Shown here: piece by piece, positions 13,601 to 24,974 of the stretch
How the letters are laid out: the number at the start of each line of letters is the position of its first letter
How positions within the stretch are numbered: position 1 is the stretch's first letter
Assembly: GCA_964187785.1 (NCBI GenBank)
Contig: OZ076413.1
Location: 47,618,001 to 47,682,000 of the forward strand
Reading direction: 5' to 3'
DNA: 64,000 bases
From: Amphiscolops sp. MND2022
Taxonomy: Eukaryota
The notes under the pieces: model-generated
Seen by the model: only the letters and a program-made list of their open reading frames with translations
Told to the model about the DNA's origin: nothing
Databases searched by the model: none
Translations under genes and position numbers: made by a program

Positions 13601-16600
13601 AATTGCCGACAATTGACCCTGCCCCAACCGGAAGAATGGCAGGTAAAAGGTGTCACTTCGACGTATCATGCCTATTCTCCGATTCCAGTCAAAGTTTGCA
13701 TAGATGGTGTTGACCTGCGTTTTGGTGCCACTATCATTACTGACGCGTTTCCTCCTGGAATCTGCTTGGGACCGCAGGAGCTGCGCTGCTATAACATTGA
13801 TGCTCAAGAACCAACTGGTGAAGCGAGAATCGATGAGCGTGCGTCGCTCGTAGTTTCATTCGTGGTTCCCGATGCTGCTCCCGTGCCATTACGTGGTCTG
13901 ATAGACACTGGATCAGGAGTGTCCATCCTCACCTTCTCAGCCTACAATCGAGTCGCCGTGCGCACTGGGACACTCTTACGACCTTATGGTATTGACTTAT
14001 ATGCCGCGAATGGGAAGACGATCAAAACTTTTGGTCTAGCGGAGAAAGTCAAATTCCAATTGGGAGGCTACGAATTGGAAACTAACTTCGTGGTAGTCGA
14101 TGACGCCATGGGAGTGGAAGACTTCCTCCTGGGCAGAAACTTCCTAAGAGCTTATCAAGTCTTGGTGGATTTAACCGCGATGAAGGTCATTGTCCGAGCT
14201 CCGTCTGAACCAGTGTGGTACCATGCCCACACACAAGTAAGTAACGAATCCCTCAATTCGTCGGTAGCGATTGCACAGGACGTAGTGTTGCAACCTTTTG
14301 AACGCGCAATACTACGCGCTAAATTGCTTGTAGACAACTTAGAACCTTTCATGTTTCGGACCGTGCTAATCAATTTTCAAACACCTAACCGAATGTTAAA
14401 AAACGCCATCTTTTTAGAGGACACCGTGGCGACCGTGGGGGAGACTGGCTTCCTTTACGTCAGTTTAGGAAATCTTACCAGCAACGTGCAGCGGATTAAA
14501 AAGGGCACCCTATTAGGAACCGCGGTACCCGTAACGATGGTTCATAAAGCCATCCCCCAAATTGTCCCCGGACAATCAAGTGAAACTCAGCAGTCAAATG
14601 CAAATTATGTTTGTAAAGTTTACGAACAGATGAACCTTGATTCTTCTTCTGAATATAGTTCTTCATCTGAATTTGAGTTTTTGTCCTCTACCGAACCGTC
14701 AGAACTAGGCTTGTCCGAGCGCGAAGTAAAAAAACGAACCGATCCGGCGTTAATGGCTCCGATACCGGGCCCGGAAGCACAACTCGACGAGGTGCGCGGT
14801 TTGTGGGGATCGACCGCCAGCGACACGCTTAGTAAACTTTTGAACGAATTTGATGATTTATTTATGAAATTCAAAGCCGACATTGGTAAGTGTAAAATCG
14901 CTAAGCACCCGGTGGAAGTAGAGCCAGGGGCTGTACCCCACCGCGAAGGTGCAAGACGAATGTCGCCTGACAAGGCAGAACGTGCTAACCAAGAAGTTCG
15001 TGACTTGCTAGCTTTGGGAATGATACAACCTTCCCTATCCCCTTGGGCGAGTGGAATTGTCATGGTCAAAAAGAAGAGTGGTGAATTGCGATTCTGCTGT
15101 GACTTTCGACCACTTAATGAAGTGACCATCAAGGACGCTTATCCCTTGCCACGTATCGATGAAAGTCTATCCAGATTGGGCAAAGCCAAAATCTATACTA
15201 GTATTGACTTGGCATGGGCATTCTGGCAAATTCCTGTCCGAAAAGCCGATCGTCAAAAGACTGCCTTCGCTTGTGAACTTGGGTTATTTGAGTGGCGGCG
15301 TATGCCTTTTGGTATGTGTAACGCATCAGCGACATTTCAACGGGCAATAGCGCGAGCGCTACAAAGAATAGTGAACCGTGAAGGAAGTATGGTTATGGCC
15401 TACATCGATGACATTGTGATTGCTACCGAGACCATCGAGGATCACATGGATAGACTACGCGAAGTATTCCAATGCCTGCGTGAGGCCGGGTTCAAAATGA
15501 GAGTCTCCAAGTGTGACTTCATGAAATCGGAGATCAAATATTTGGGCCGGGTCGTATCCGCAGATGGTATCAAGCCAGATCCAAAAGCTGTCACCAAGCT
15601 GAAAGAATGGGATATCCCGCGAACCAAGACTGAATTGCAGAGTTTCTTGGGTTTTGCCAACTACTATCGGGATTTTATCCCGTGGCATGCAAAACTAGTT
15701 GCCCCTTTACACGCGATAACGGGAGGAGCCTCTTCATTTTTATGGGGGGAGGAGCAGCAGCGAGCCTTCAACAGCATCAAAGTGGCACTAATGGAAGCCA
15801 CTGCTCTGGCGCAACCTGACACTGAAGGCGAATTTGTTCTCGACACAGATGCTAGTGGTGTAGCTATATCGGGTATTCTGCACCAATGGCAAGGACCACC
15901 TGAGAGTCGCAAACTGCGACCGATTGTATTCGGAAGCAAAAAATTAACTGCTACGCAAGCAAAGTATGGAGCCCCAAAATTGGAAATGTATGCTGCATAC
16001 TATTTCATCTTGAAAAACCACAGTTATCTCTGTCCACGAAAGTTCACACTGAGGGTAGATAATCAGGCCCTATCCTGGCTAAAAACATATTCGATGGATC
16101 AGGCGATTATTGGTCGATGGATTATAGCTCTTGAAAAATATCACTTCAGTATTGAGCACCGACCCAGAACGCAACATCGAAATGCTGACGGTCTTAGCAA
16201 ACGAACAAATGATTAGAAAAAACACGAAAAGCAACTAAAAGGTTTACCCGCAATTGCAGACAAATGGGATTTCCTATCACAGGAGGAATATAACAAACTC
16301 CCGCTAGCCCCATGGTTCGATGTCCACGGACGTGTGATACCAAATCACCCAGAATTGCCTGCACACTTGCAAAGGTTGGGTAGCCAAAGTTCACCCGAGA
16401 CCACAGTTGCCGCTCCCACGCGAAAGAGCGGACGAAGCAAACGAAATGCGACCATACGCGACGAAGCCATGAGAGCGCCCCTACCTACATTGCCAAAACC
16501 AGAATTGACACTGCCTGCCGAACTTTATCCAGAATATCCTGAGGATTGGTTGGAACTGACCGAGGAATATCAACGAGACTATTTACTCCCCACGCATGCT

Positions 16601-19600
16601 GCTAACGTACCATCAAGAACCACTTACCCACTGACGGAAAAGCAAGCAACTAGCACTGCACCAGAGCACGTAAAACAAGCCGCGTTTGTGGTAAACAGCA
16701 TATCAATGGAACTGCATGAACATGCTAACACAGTCCATGTGTTGAAGGATCTACTACTAGCACAAAACCGTGACGTCCATATATTGGCTATCAAGAAATT
16801 GGTAATGCAAGAATCAATAGATAATGACGTCTTTCCGGAAAATGTACGTGCCTTTGCCAAAAACTACCACAAACAGAAGAAGAACCTTCTACTAATAAAC
16901 GCCAACGGGATTTTGTGTGTAAAATACTCCAAAAGTCAAAGAGCTTTGCATGAACGCCCCTGCATGATAGTGATGCCACAATTGTATCAGCATGAGATAC
17001 TATTCAAGGCCCACGACGCGATGGGACATCAGGGCATCGCGAAAGTCTTGGCCAGAATTCAAGAGCGCCACACTTGGCCAGGCATCCGCCGCACCATTGG
17101 ACAATACGTCAGCCAATGTATCACTTGTAAACAAGTACGCGATAAGCCTGGTGATGTACGCTTTCACTTGAAGAATATCCAAAGCGGTTATTTCAATGAG
17201 CTAGTCCAATATGACCACATGAAGATTTGTCCCTCTGATGATGGTAACACAGGGATATTGGTTATTATCGATCATTTCTCTAAGCTCGCAGAAGCTGTGC
17301 CGTGCAACCACGATGAGTATGATGCAGCGACCACTTCAAAGTTGTTGTTGCAGAAGTGGTTTGCCCGCCATGGAACACCGACGAGGATGCAGTCAGACAA
17401 TGCTCCCAATTTCACCGCGGCAGTATCTGCTGAGTTTATGAAAGCAGCCCAAGTGACCAAAGTAACCTCAACTGCTGGCCACCCCAGGACTCAAGGGTTG
17501 GTAGAGCGACAAAACCGAACGCTACTCACCCTACTGCGTGTATTCTGCTCTAGACGAATGCGTGACTGGGATCAGTACCTAGATGAAGTTATGGGTGCAT
17601 ACAACTCCACACGTCATGCCACTACTGGATTCTCCCCGTATATGCTGACCAGAGGCATGGAAAAAGCTATACCCCTGACTTTCTTGTATCCAGAATTTGC
17701 AACTCAGTCATTCGAATCACACGAAGCCTATGTGGAACATGTGCTGGCTCGACAACAAGAGATTCATGACTTAGTCCGTCGCAACACGCATCAAGCCCAG
17801 CAACGACAAAAATTGAAGTACGACAGAGCAATTCGTGCCAAAGCCTACGAAGTGGGCGAACCTGTTTGGGTATTCTGCCGATACATTCCTCAAAAGGGAT
17901 CTCCTAAATTGATGAGAGCGTGGCGTGGTCCTCACAAGGTAGCACGAGTGCTACAAGAGGGACGTGTCTACATACTTGACACTGGTCAGAAAGTGCATTT
18001 CGAACGATTGAAACCGCATCATGGTGGTCCAACAGAATGGGCAGCTGTTCCTGCGCATAACGGCGAGGTTGCTATCATCATGGACCCTGATCCAGAACAA
18101 TTCCATGAGGAGGTGAGAGACGATGCTTCGCAACCTTCTTACCGTGCAGAGGAACCAATTTCAGAAGCCAGCAATGCCTCTTTGCCTTCTCGACAAAGAC
18201 ATTGGATGGACACACGGTTACGCACACACATGCGCGCAGGTGGCAGCCGCCTACATTATCAACAATTTGGCTACTCTTCGACTGAGTCTGACGATGAACG
18301 TTCTGATGTACTCCTATCGAGTGTTCAGGCTAGTCCTGATGAAAGTGTTATCTTGTCATCACAAGTAGATGAGCCTGCGCCTATTCCCGAAATGCCAATA
18401 TCACCACTACCTGCTATGGAGGCTCTATTCTCAGAGAATGAAGCAGTACCCGATGCATTAGACATCGCCCCGAATCCTAATATCCACGTACCCACCGAAA
18501 GTGCCGCCACCTCTTTGACCGGTACATCCGCCCCATTATTGACAAATCCATCTCTTACGGATATGTTGAGTAACTTTCCCATTTGGCCCCTAATCGATGA
18601 CAATGTTCTCAACCCAACCCTAGACGACAACGGTGCTGAAACACCAACAACCAATAACGAAAAGGGATCAATTCCCCCTGCAACAGTTCCCACCAACAAC
18701 GATGCAGCTACTACCACGAAACTCCCCAATGCTCCTAGAGGGCGTGGACCCCGGGGACGTCCGCCAGGCAGAGCTAGGCCGCGAGCCTCGCTGCCACGTG
18801 GTCACCAACGGAGAGGTGCTATTAGAGGCGCTCGCAAAAGAGGGCGTCCCAGAGGAAGACCTCCTCGTATAACACACGCCAGACCTAACACTCCTTCCCG
18901 TGTTCGTAGCGCTCCATCTATGGACACTGACTCTTCTGCCCCTAGCGCGGCGGTTACCTCAGATCAAGCAACACCGCCAGAATCAACCAACGCTCGTTAT
19001 GGACTGCGACACAATCGTACTCCCAGATATCGTTGCGGAACATGTGGCCTACGAAACTGCGAATGTAACTACATGGTCCACGCGGACTTCCCAATCAAAT
19101 CCCAGGGAGTCCTGCTAGCACGTGAACAGGAGAAATCGCTTCCGAGCGGAATGGTTGATCGTTTGGTTATTCGAGCAGAGAAAACCTATACTGGGCTACA
19201 ACGCAGCGACACTCCATATCCCGTGGACTATATCCTATCCAAAATGAAAGATTCTACGATAGCGAAGGCTCCGTGCCCAAGATTCAAGGAGTGGACCTAT
19301 GATCTTGTTGGTTTGGAGTTCACCTTGCCCATCACTGTTCCCCCTTTGCCTACAAATATTGCTTTTGGTCCTTTCAACTATGAGCGAGAGCCTATCCAAA
19401 TGATACGCTGTATTCCTGCTGACCTCTTGTATGACAAATACAACGTCACCGCAAAACCAGGAGACGTTTATCAGCCTACAAGCAACTGGTGGCTACTAGT
19501 TACGGCCAAACAAGCATCCGACCTGGTTCATCCCACTAACTTGAACACCTGTCTGGAGAGTTTGCGGACGATGGCCTCTCCTGATAGAATCACTTGTTTC

Positions 19601-20389
19601 CACACCATAGACCTATATCGTGGTAAAATTAAGTTTGAATGGTGGCTGGAACTTATCATAGCAGTCTTATCGAATTTTTCACGAATCAGATTCCTGGACG
19701 AATGGACACACTCATTTCCTAGTCCTGTATCGCTCCAATCAGCCCTGCACGCACTGGATACATGGTCCAGGGCTAATATTGATAATCAATCATTGCCGCG
19801 ATCTGTGTGGCAAGACTTGGGCGCAATCAAAGGCCTCCTCCCGAACACATGTAACGATGCTCTCTCCAAAGACCCCGGACGAGAGTTAGTGTACCATGGA
19901 GCCGCGAGACCTCAATTGGTTGACTATGTGCAGTATGCTAATACGGACTTCCTGCAGACTCCCCATCACATTGTTTTATGTTGTCCCGCAAACCTGGAAA
20001 CTAGTTCTGCCGCTCTTCGTTACGTCATTCGTGAGCATGGTGCAGATGCAATCTTTCAACTTCGACCGGAGGTTGGCAATATTGTAACGCTACCCACATC
20101 TTTGATAGACGGCCATCCTCAGACTATCCACCTTTTAATCACACGAGCTACACCTCGCTGCCCTATGCTCGCTGATATTCTCTTTGGATGTCTTGATCAT
20201 TTGAAAACGTTACTCGAGCGCTTGGAGGCGACAGAAGTACACTTTGCCATCATTGATCCTGAACGCCCAATACGTAATCTTTTTGATTTTTATACCTGTT
20301 TGATGGACGTATTCACCGACACCCCCCTGACCGTCGTTCTTCACGATCGCGTTTACGTATCTATTGCAAGCGTCGCTAGCTTTCCGTAA
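10616..20389 (+). CDS. G1 single-frame Gag-Pol polyprotein (~3250 codons) with one in-frame TAG at 16214-16216
   Basis: ORFs 10616-16216 and 16334-20389 are in the same frame, and the intervening codons translate to a match of G2 (D*KKHEKQL vs DYRWREKQL). Motifs: CCHC knuckles (CFNCGLPGHFAREC, CVNCGMTEHSASQC), protease LIDTGS, RT YIDD (15401), RNase H LDTDAS, integrase HHCC and D-D-E (VQYDH, QSDNA, VERQN), GPY/F-like motif, long C-terminal extension. Confidence 0.93.
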
Positions 20390-20614
20390 AGCTGTCGTTT
20401 GTCCGCTTTTTTTTTTGTTTTTCATTTTTTGTCCGCTCGATTAAGTTTAGTGAATCGACACGAAGTTTATTTGAAACTATTACGTTACCTTTTTCTTTAA
20501 TGTTAATGTGTGACATTCTATTACTTTCCCTGGTATTACCCTTAAAATGACCTATGGTGTTGCCCTACTATCAAGTGTGCTACAATCGACCTGCACTCTT
20601 TCAGAATTGTCGTC

Positions 20615-21253
20615 ATGAACCAAGATAACAATAGAAGCAACAACGTCCCGCCAAGGTCTACAGATAACTCTCCTGCCTTGGGGCAACGCGTCTATGACAC
20701 TGCGCGTGTCCAACGCACCCCACAAATTGCCTTTATTCGAGACAGACTCGACCAAGGTCTGTCGCCAGCTACAGTTGCCGGGGTAGCAGCAATCATTGCC
20801 CAGATGGAGTCACAATTGCAAGCCCCAATGCTGACGATATCAATTACTTCAGGGTTTCCTGGGTTCCAACGATCCATGACATACCAAGATGGAGTGTGGC
20901 ACGGCCATGATCTTACGCATCACTTCACGGATGATCGTGCGGCGATCTCATACAGTCCTGCGAATGGCGGAGTCCATCAGACTAGACCTTTACAGATCCC
21001 TTCTTGCCCGCCTCCACCTCCACCGCCACCTCCTGCATCAACACCACAAGCAGTAGTGCGTGCGCGCACTCCTGCTCCTACAGTGCCTGACTTGCCCAAT
21101 CAATCTATGGTAGAGCAAGCAGTCATCTCAGCACTGCAAGCAGTGGCTGCCAACCCCAATTACGATGATTTCCATGGAGCAGTGTTGGCCAGAACTACGC
21201 CGGATTGCTCTGCCCACTGTCACTATTCGCAACGACAATGTGACTTCAACTGA
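20615..21253 (+). CDS. G1 short Pro-rich ORF; possibly the frameshifted N-terminus of ORF3
   Basis: 212 aa with ATG start just after the pol stop; poly-Pro run; overlaps ORF 21165-24974 in the +1 frame. Confidence 0.5.
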   Translation: MNQDNNRSNNVPPRSTDNSPALGQRVYDTARVQRTPQIAFIRDRLDQGLSPATVAGVAAIIAQMESQLQAPMLTISITSGFPGFQRSMTYQDGVWHGHDLTHHFTDDRAAISYSPANGGVHQTRPLQIPSCPPPPPPPPPASTPQAVVRARTPAPTVPDLPNQSMVEQAVISALQAVAANPNYDDFHGAVLARTTPDCSAHCHYSQRQCDFN

Positions 21254-24200
21254 AACACATCAAGGTGTCATCACTATTCCCCACATCAATCCTCAGTCTG
21301 AACAGCCAGGACACTCTCGCACCGTGACTGTAGAGCGCAGTCGTTCGCCTTCCCGCTCTTCTCAAAAGGGGGGAGGAGAGAGCCGCCCTGCCTCAAGAAA
21401 ACGCAACGACCCTTCTCCAACAAAAAAGACTCAACAACCACTGACTGCCCGTGACAGCCCCTCGAGCAAGCCACCACCCGACAAAAAGATTTCCAACGAG
21501 AAGGACACAACCTCCAAAGCGCCAGACCAAACGAAGTCAAAAGTGTCGGAAGCATGCGTGCTTCCCTCACCCCAATCACAGCCGGACGTAACAGGCGAAC
21601 AACAAGGACTGCCGCAACCACCATCCACGCAGTCTACAACACGCGAGTCGCTGGCTCAACGAGCGACTCCTAAGCCTTCCACATCAAGACAGCCACAAAC
21701 GGAGCAAACTGTGGGTTATCAAGGTACCCCTGAATCTCAGCGAACTGTCAAGGACATAATGGGTGATTACCCAGGGTTGAAGGTAACCAACAGTGGTCCA
21801 ACTGGAACCCCACTCCGCAAACAGGCGATTCAACACCCAACTAAGAGGACTTTTACGAAACAGCCGACGTACCTGAGTCCCATGCAAAACACAAAGGGCA
21901 CACTGGTCACCAAGGACTCCCGACGTATCTGGGAATCGGCAGTTATAGTATCGCCCGAATGGCTATTTGAGAAGAACATGTGTCCTCCGAATGACGAAGA
22001 GCATGCGAAATTGAAGAAGGCGAATGTACCTGTATTCATGAATCGTCCAATCCGCCCCGACCACACCCCTACCAATGAGCCGCCATGGCTAGGGAAGGCA
22101 ATGAATATGCTGCCAAACGTGGAAGACAATTACCTGGACGCCCTCAACATTGACCTTCGTGGGCAATTCGCTGATCGATATTTCCTCAACGCTGGAGAGA
22201 CCTTCGAGATCAACCCACGGTACGCCCGTGACCTCGAAGCCCAGCTACCAATGCCAAAAGAAAGGTTGCAGCGTGCGCGCTTCGCCTTACTTATAGACTC
22301 AACATTCCTCAAGAATGTCCCCATTGACAATGTGCTGTCAGACGTGATGGTTTTTACTCTACCGCTGTCACGTATTCCCGAGATGGCCGAAGTGTTGGTC
22401 ACCATGTTTGACCCTGAGATGACAGGAACCTTCAAAGAGCCACCCCCACGCAGAGTGATCATCAGCAACGTTTTCGATCACATGGCCTGTGAAGGACTAA
22501 TGGCCCAGATCGCGAACGTTGAGATTATGAATCCAAGTCCAGCACAGCGAACAACAGTACGCAATGCAGCATTGAACATGGCCCGAGCCATGGAAAAAGC
22601 CCAAAACATCTTAAAGGATAAACTCAAGGTGCCAGCCCTGTTCGTGACACCCCCAGGTTTCTGCCAATGGCCCCCCGCCTTGCAGAGATTTATCTACTTG
22701 GTGACAGAAGTTTGCAAGTGTAGAGAAATAGACTTTGCGATCTGCGCGCCCAATATGCGGATTAGCTGCAACGACTTTCGTCCCTCCTGGCTGTCCTACA
22801 TGGGGTATATTGCCTCAGTGTCTAAAGTGCTACAGTCAGTGGAAAAGACAGGGAACGCGCAGCTGACAATCGACGATGCCATCTACTTTGATCACGGCAC
22901 TCGTATGGGCTTGTTAGTATTCAACAACGACGGAGAAAGGCGGGTCCCAGAGCCCAGTACGGCTGAATGCGAGGCAATCCGCCTGACTAACTGGATAGAG
23001 CGCGCGCGCTCCTCCGGTGGAAAGACTTGTATCAAAACTGATCTTGCAGAAGTCACTGCCATAATGAGCAAAGTCCCCAGCGACCGAGAAGTAGAACGAG
23101 CCATCCCGCGAGTTCAATTTGCCAAGGACCTCACAATCGATCAATTATCAGTGGGAATGAAGTACATTGCTGCAAAACTGACGAGCGAAACTCAGGCTGA
23201 AATCCAAGCCTTCAGCAGCACCTATGACGCCTGGTACCAGCGGCTACAAACTACCACCGTAGCAGACATTGCAAAAGAGCTTGGGATGTCAACCGACCAG
23301 TTTGCCATCTGTTTGGGATTGGGTTGGAGTCCCGATGTTATTCGAGTCGAGTTCGATTTAGACGAAAACTGGTTGATCGAAATCAGCGAGATTATCGGTA
23401 CCATGCAAGTAAACGAACTCTTTGCACTGATGCTCACTTTCGGGCAGAAACGCTTTGTAGCTGGCCCAGTGATGATGTTGACCGACCTAGTTACCGAGTG
23501 TAATCTGGAATGGCTATTTTCATATCTGGTGATTGCACGAGGGAATATCTCAGGCCTCACCGCCTTAGCCAAGCTGTTGCAACGAAAAGACGCTCAGGAT
23601 TATCCCGCTCACCTGGAGCGCATGACAACTTCATTATATCACTGGATATATTGCAGTCTGGTCTTTGCCTCGGGACTTTTCGTGGGGGTGGATAAGCACC
23701 AACCATTATATGACGGACGTCAGCTAGTGACCGAGGTAGCTGGATTTTTGACACCTAACCAGCTGGCAGATTTCACTTTGGCTGAAGTCGAAGATCTCGT
23801 ACCGGTGTTAGCACCCGTGCTAACTCCGATATTTGGCCCAACCGGGATACTTCGCTATCCCACCAAGCCTCTGCGACTGGCCTCGGAGACACTAACAGTA
23901 TCCATCCTGACTTATCTGAAGAACGTGAAACCGCACAACTATCAACAGATGCTTGAACGTGGGCTGTTTCTGCTAGTACCCCGCATGTATACCACCATAA
24001 AGAATGAGACGCAGCAAGACGAAAACCTGGCCGGTATTCTCAAAGCCCGAACAAAGAAGGCGTGCCCTTTACCTCGCGAATACGGCCCGGTGAATTGGTA
24101 CAATTCTCCCCTAGATCACCTCGGAATCCCACAGCGATTCAATTGGAGTTTCGCACACCTCAGGAAGTATGTGACTGAATGCGTGCAAACCATGGGCGGT

Positions 24201-24974
24201 CACACAAATCAGGAGTACAATTTTCAAATGATCAAGCTTCCAGCCAGGTACTGGCGAGGACCCATCGGTTATATCCGGGCTAAGCCAATCAGCATGGTCG
24301 AGAAGGGCTTTGATGAGCAGTATGCCTATCGCGATCACTACAAACTAGGCGTGTGGATGTCAAGGACCCTGGAGGAACGCCAAGGGCGCCTAAAAGGTTT
24401 GATCATCCCCCCACTGACAATGCCTGTTTGGAATCCAGAGGCGAGGGTTACTATGGGAAGCGACATGCCAGCGGAGACTTGCTACCACGCCATGGAATTG
24501 CTGAGTGATCCCCTCGGACCCGAATGGGAAGCCTCCAGGCAAATTATAGAACATGCAAACAGGGACAACTGGTCCAGAGCCTGCGGGCTCTGGGGCCGAC
24601 CTGATCTACGCCCGAAACTCAGTGCGAAGCAGAAACGACCCATTGCCACCCGCAATAGACCGCTGGATCTGCCGCACCTGTTTAATGCCAGTAGATTGGA
24701 TGTGCAGATCCCAATCTCCACGTCGACCACAAGTTCTGCCAATGTTAGCGACTCAGCCAATGCAGCGCAAGAACATTCGCCAGAAGCCTCAACTCCTTTA
24801 GTCGCAGAAAATGGCCCTAGTGGCTCAAATACGGCTCCCAGGACCCATGAAACTGCCAGCGCCGAACCAAAGCCAGTCCTGCGAGGAGGAAATACGCGAA
24901 GAGGATCTCTATCCGAACTGCAACCAAAGGCCGACGTCTCCCCCAGAGCGCGTCACTCCTCCGCCACCCAGTAA
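21165..24974 (+). CDS. G1 extra ORF3 (1269 aa): non-env, disordered termini, central SGNH-hydrolase-like region
   Basis: 3.8-kb open frame between pol and the 3' LTR; no signal peptide or C-terminal anchor seen. FALLIDS..LPLSRIPEM..VIISNVFDH..ALFVTPPG..DFRPS spaced like SGNH blocks I, II, III and V. Confidence 0.8.
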   Translation: MISMEQCWPELRRIALPTVTIRNDNVTSTETHQGVITIPHINPQSEQPGHSRTVTVERSRSPSRSSQKGGGESRPASRKRNDPSPTKKTQQPLTARDSPSSKPPPDKKISNEKDTTSKAPDQTKSKVSEACVLPSPQSQPDVTGEQQGLPQPPSTQSTTRESLAQRATPKPSTSRQPQTEQTVGYQGTPESQRTVKDIMGDYPGLKVTNSGPTGTPLRKQAIQHPTKRTFTKQPTYLSPMQNTKGTLVTKDSRRIWESAVIVSPEWLFEKNMCPPNDEEHAKLKKANVPVFMNRPIRPDHTPTNEPPWLGKAMNMLPNVEDNYLDALNIDLRGQFADRYFLNAGETFEINPRYARDLEAQLPMPKERLQRARFALLIDSTFLKNVPIDNVLSDVMVFTLPLSRIPEMAEVLVTMFDPEMTGTFKEPPPRRVIISNVFDHMACEGLMAQIANVEIMNPSPAQRTTVRNAALNMARAMEKAQNILKDKLKVPALFVTPPGFCQWPPALQRFIYLVTEVCKCREIDFAICAPNMRISCNDFRPSWLSYMGYIASVSKVLQSVEKTGNAQLTIDDAIYFDHGTRMGLLVFNNDGERRVPEPSTAECEAIRLTNWIERARSSGGKTCIKTDLAEVTAIMSKVPSDREVERAIPRVQFAKDLTIDQLSVGMKYIAAKLTSETQAEIQAFSSTYDAWYQRLQTTTVADIAKELGMSTDQFAICLGLGWSPDVIRVEFDLDENWLIEISEIIGTMQVNELFALMLTFGQKRFVAGPVMMLTDLVTECNLEWLFSYLVIARGNISGLTALAKLLQRKDAQDYPAHLERMTTSLYHWIYCSLVFASGLFVGVDKHQPLYDGRQLVTEVAGFLTPNQLADFTLAEVEDLVPVLAPVLTPIFGPTGILRYPTKPLRLASETLTVSILTYLKNVKPHNYQQMLERGLFLLVPRMYTTIKNETQQDENLAGILKARTKKACPLPREYGPVNWYNSPLDHLGIPQRFNWSFAHLRKYVTECVQTMGGHTNQEYNFQMIKLPARYWRGPIGYIRAKPISMVEKGFDEQYAYRDHYKLGVWMSRTLEERQGRLKGLIIPPLTMPVWNPEARVTMGSDMPAETCYHAMELLSDPLGPEWEASRQIIEHANRDNWSRACGLWGRPDLRPKLSAKQKRPIATRNRPLDLPHLFNASRLDVQIPISTSTTSSANVSDSANAAQEHSPEASTPLVAENGPSGSNTAPRTHETASAEPKPVLRGGNTRRGSLSELQPKADVSPRARHSSATQ

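Noticed and set aside
21165..24974. ORF3 as an envelope glycoprotein
   Set aside because: No signal peptide or C-terminal TM anchor visible; the termini are Ser/Pro/Thr-rich and look disordered.
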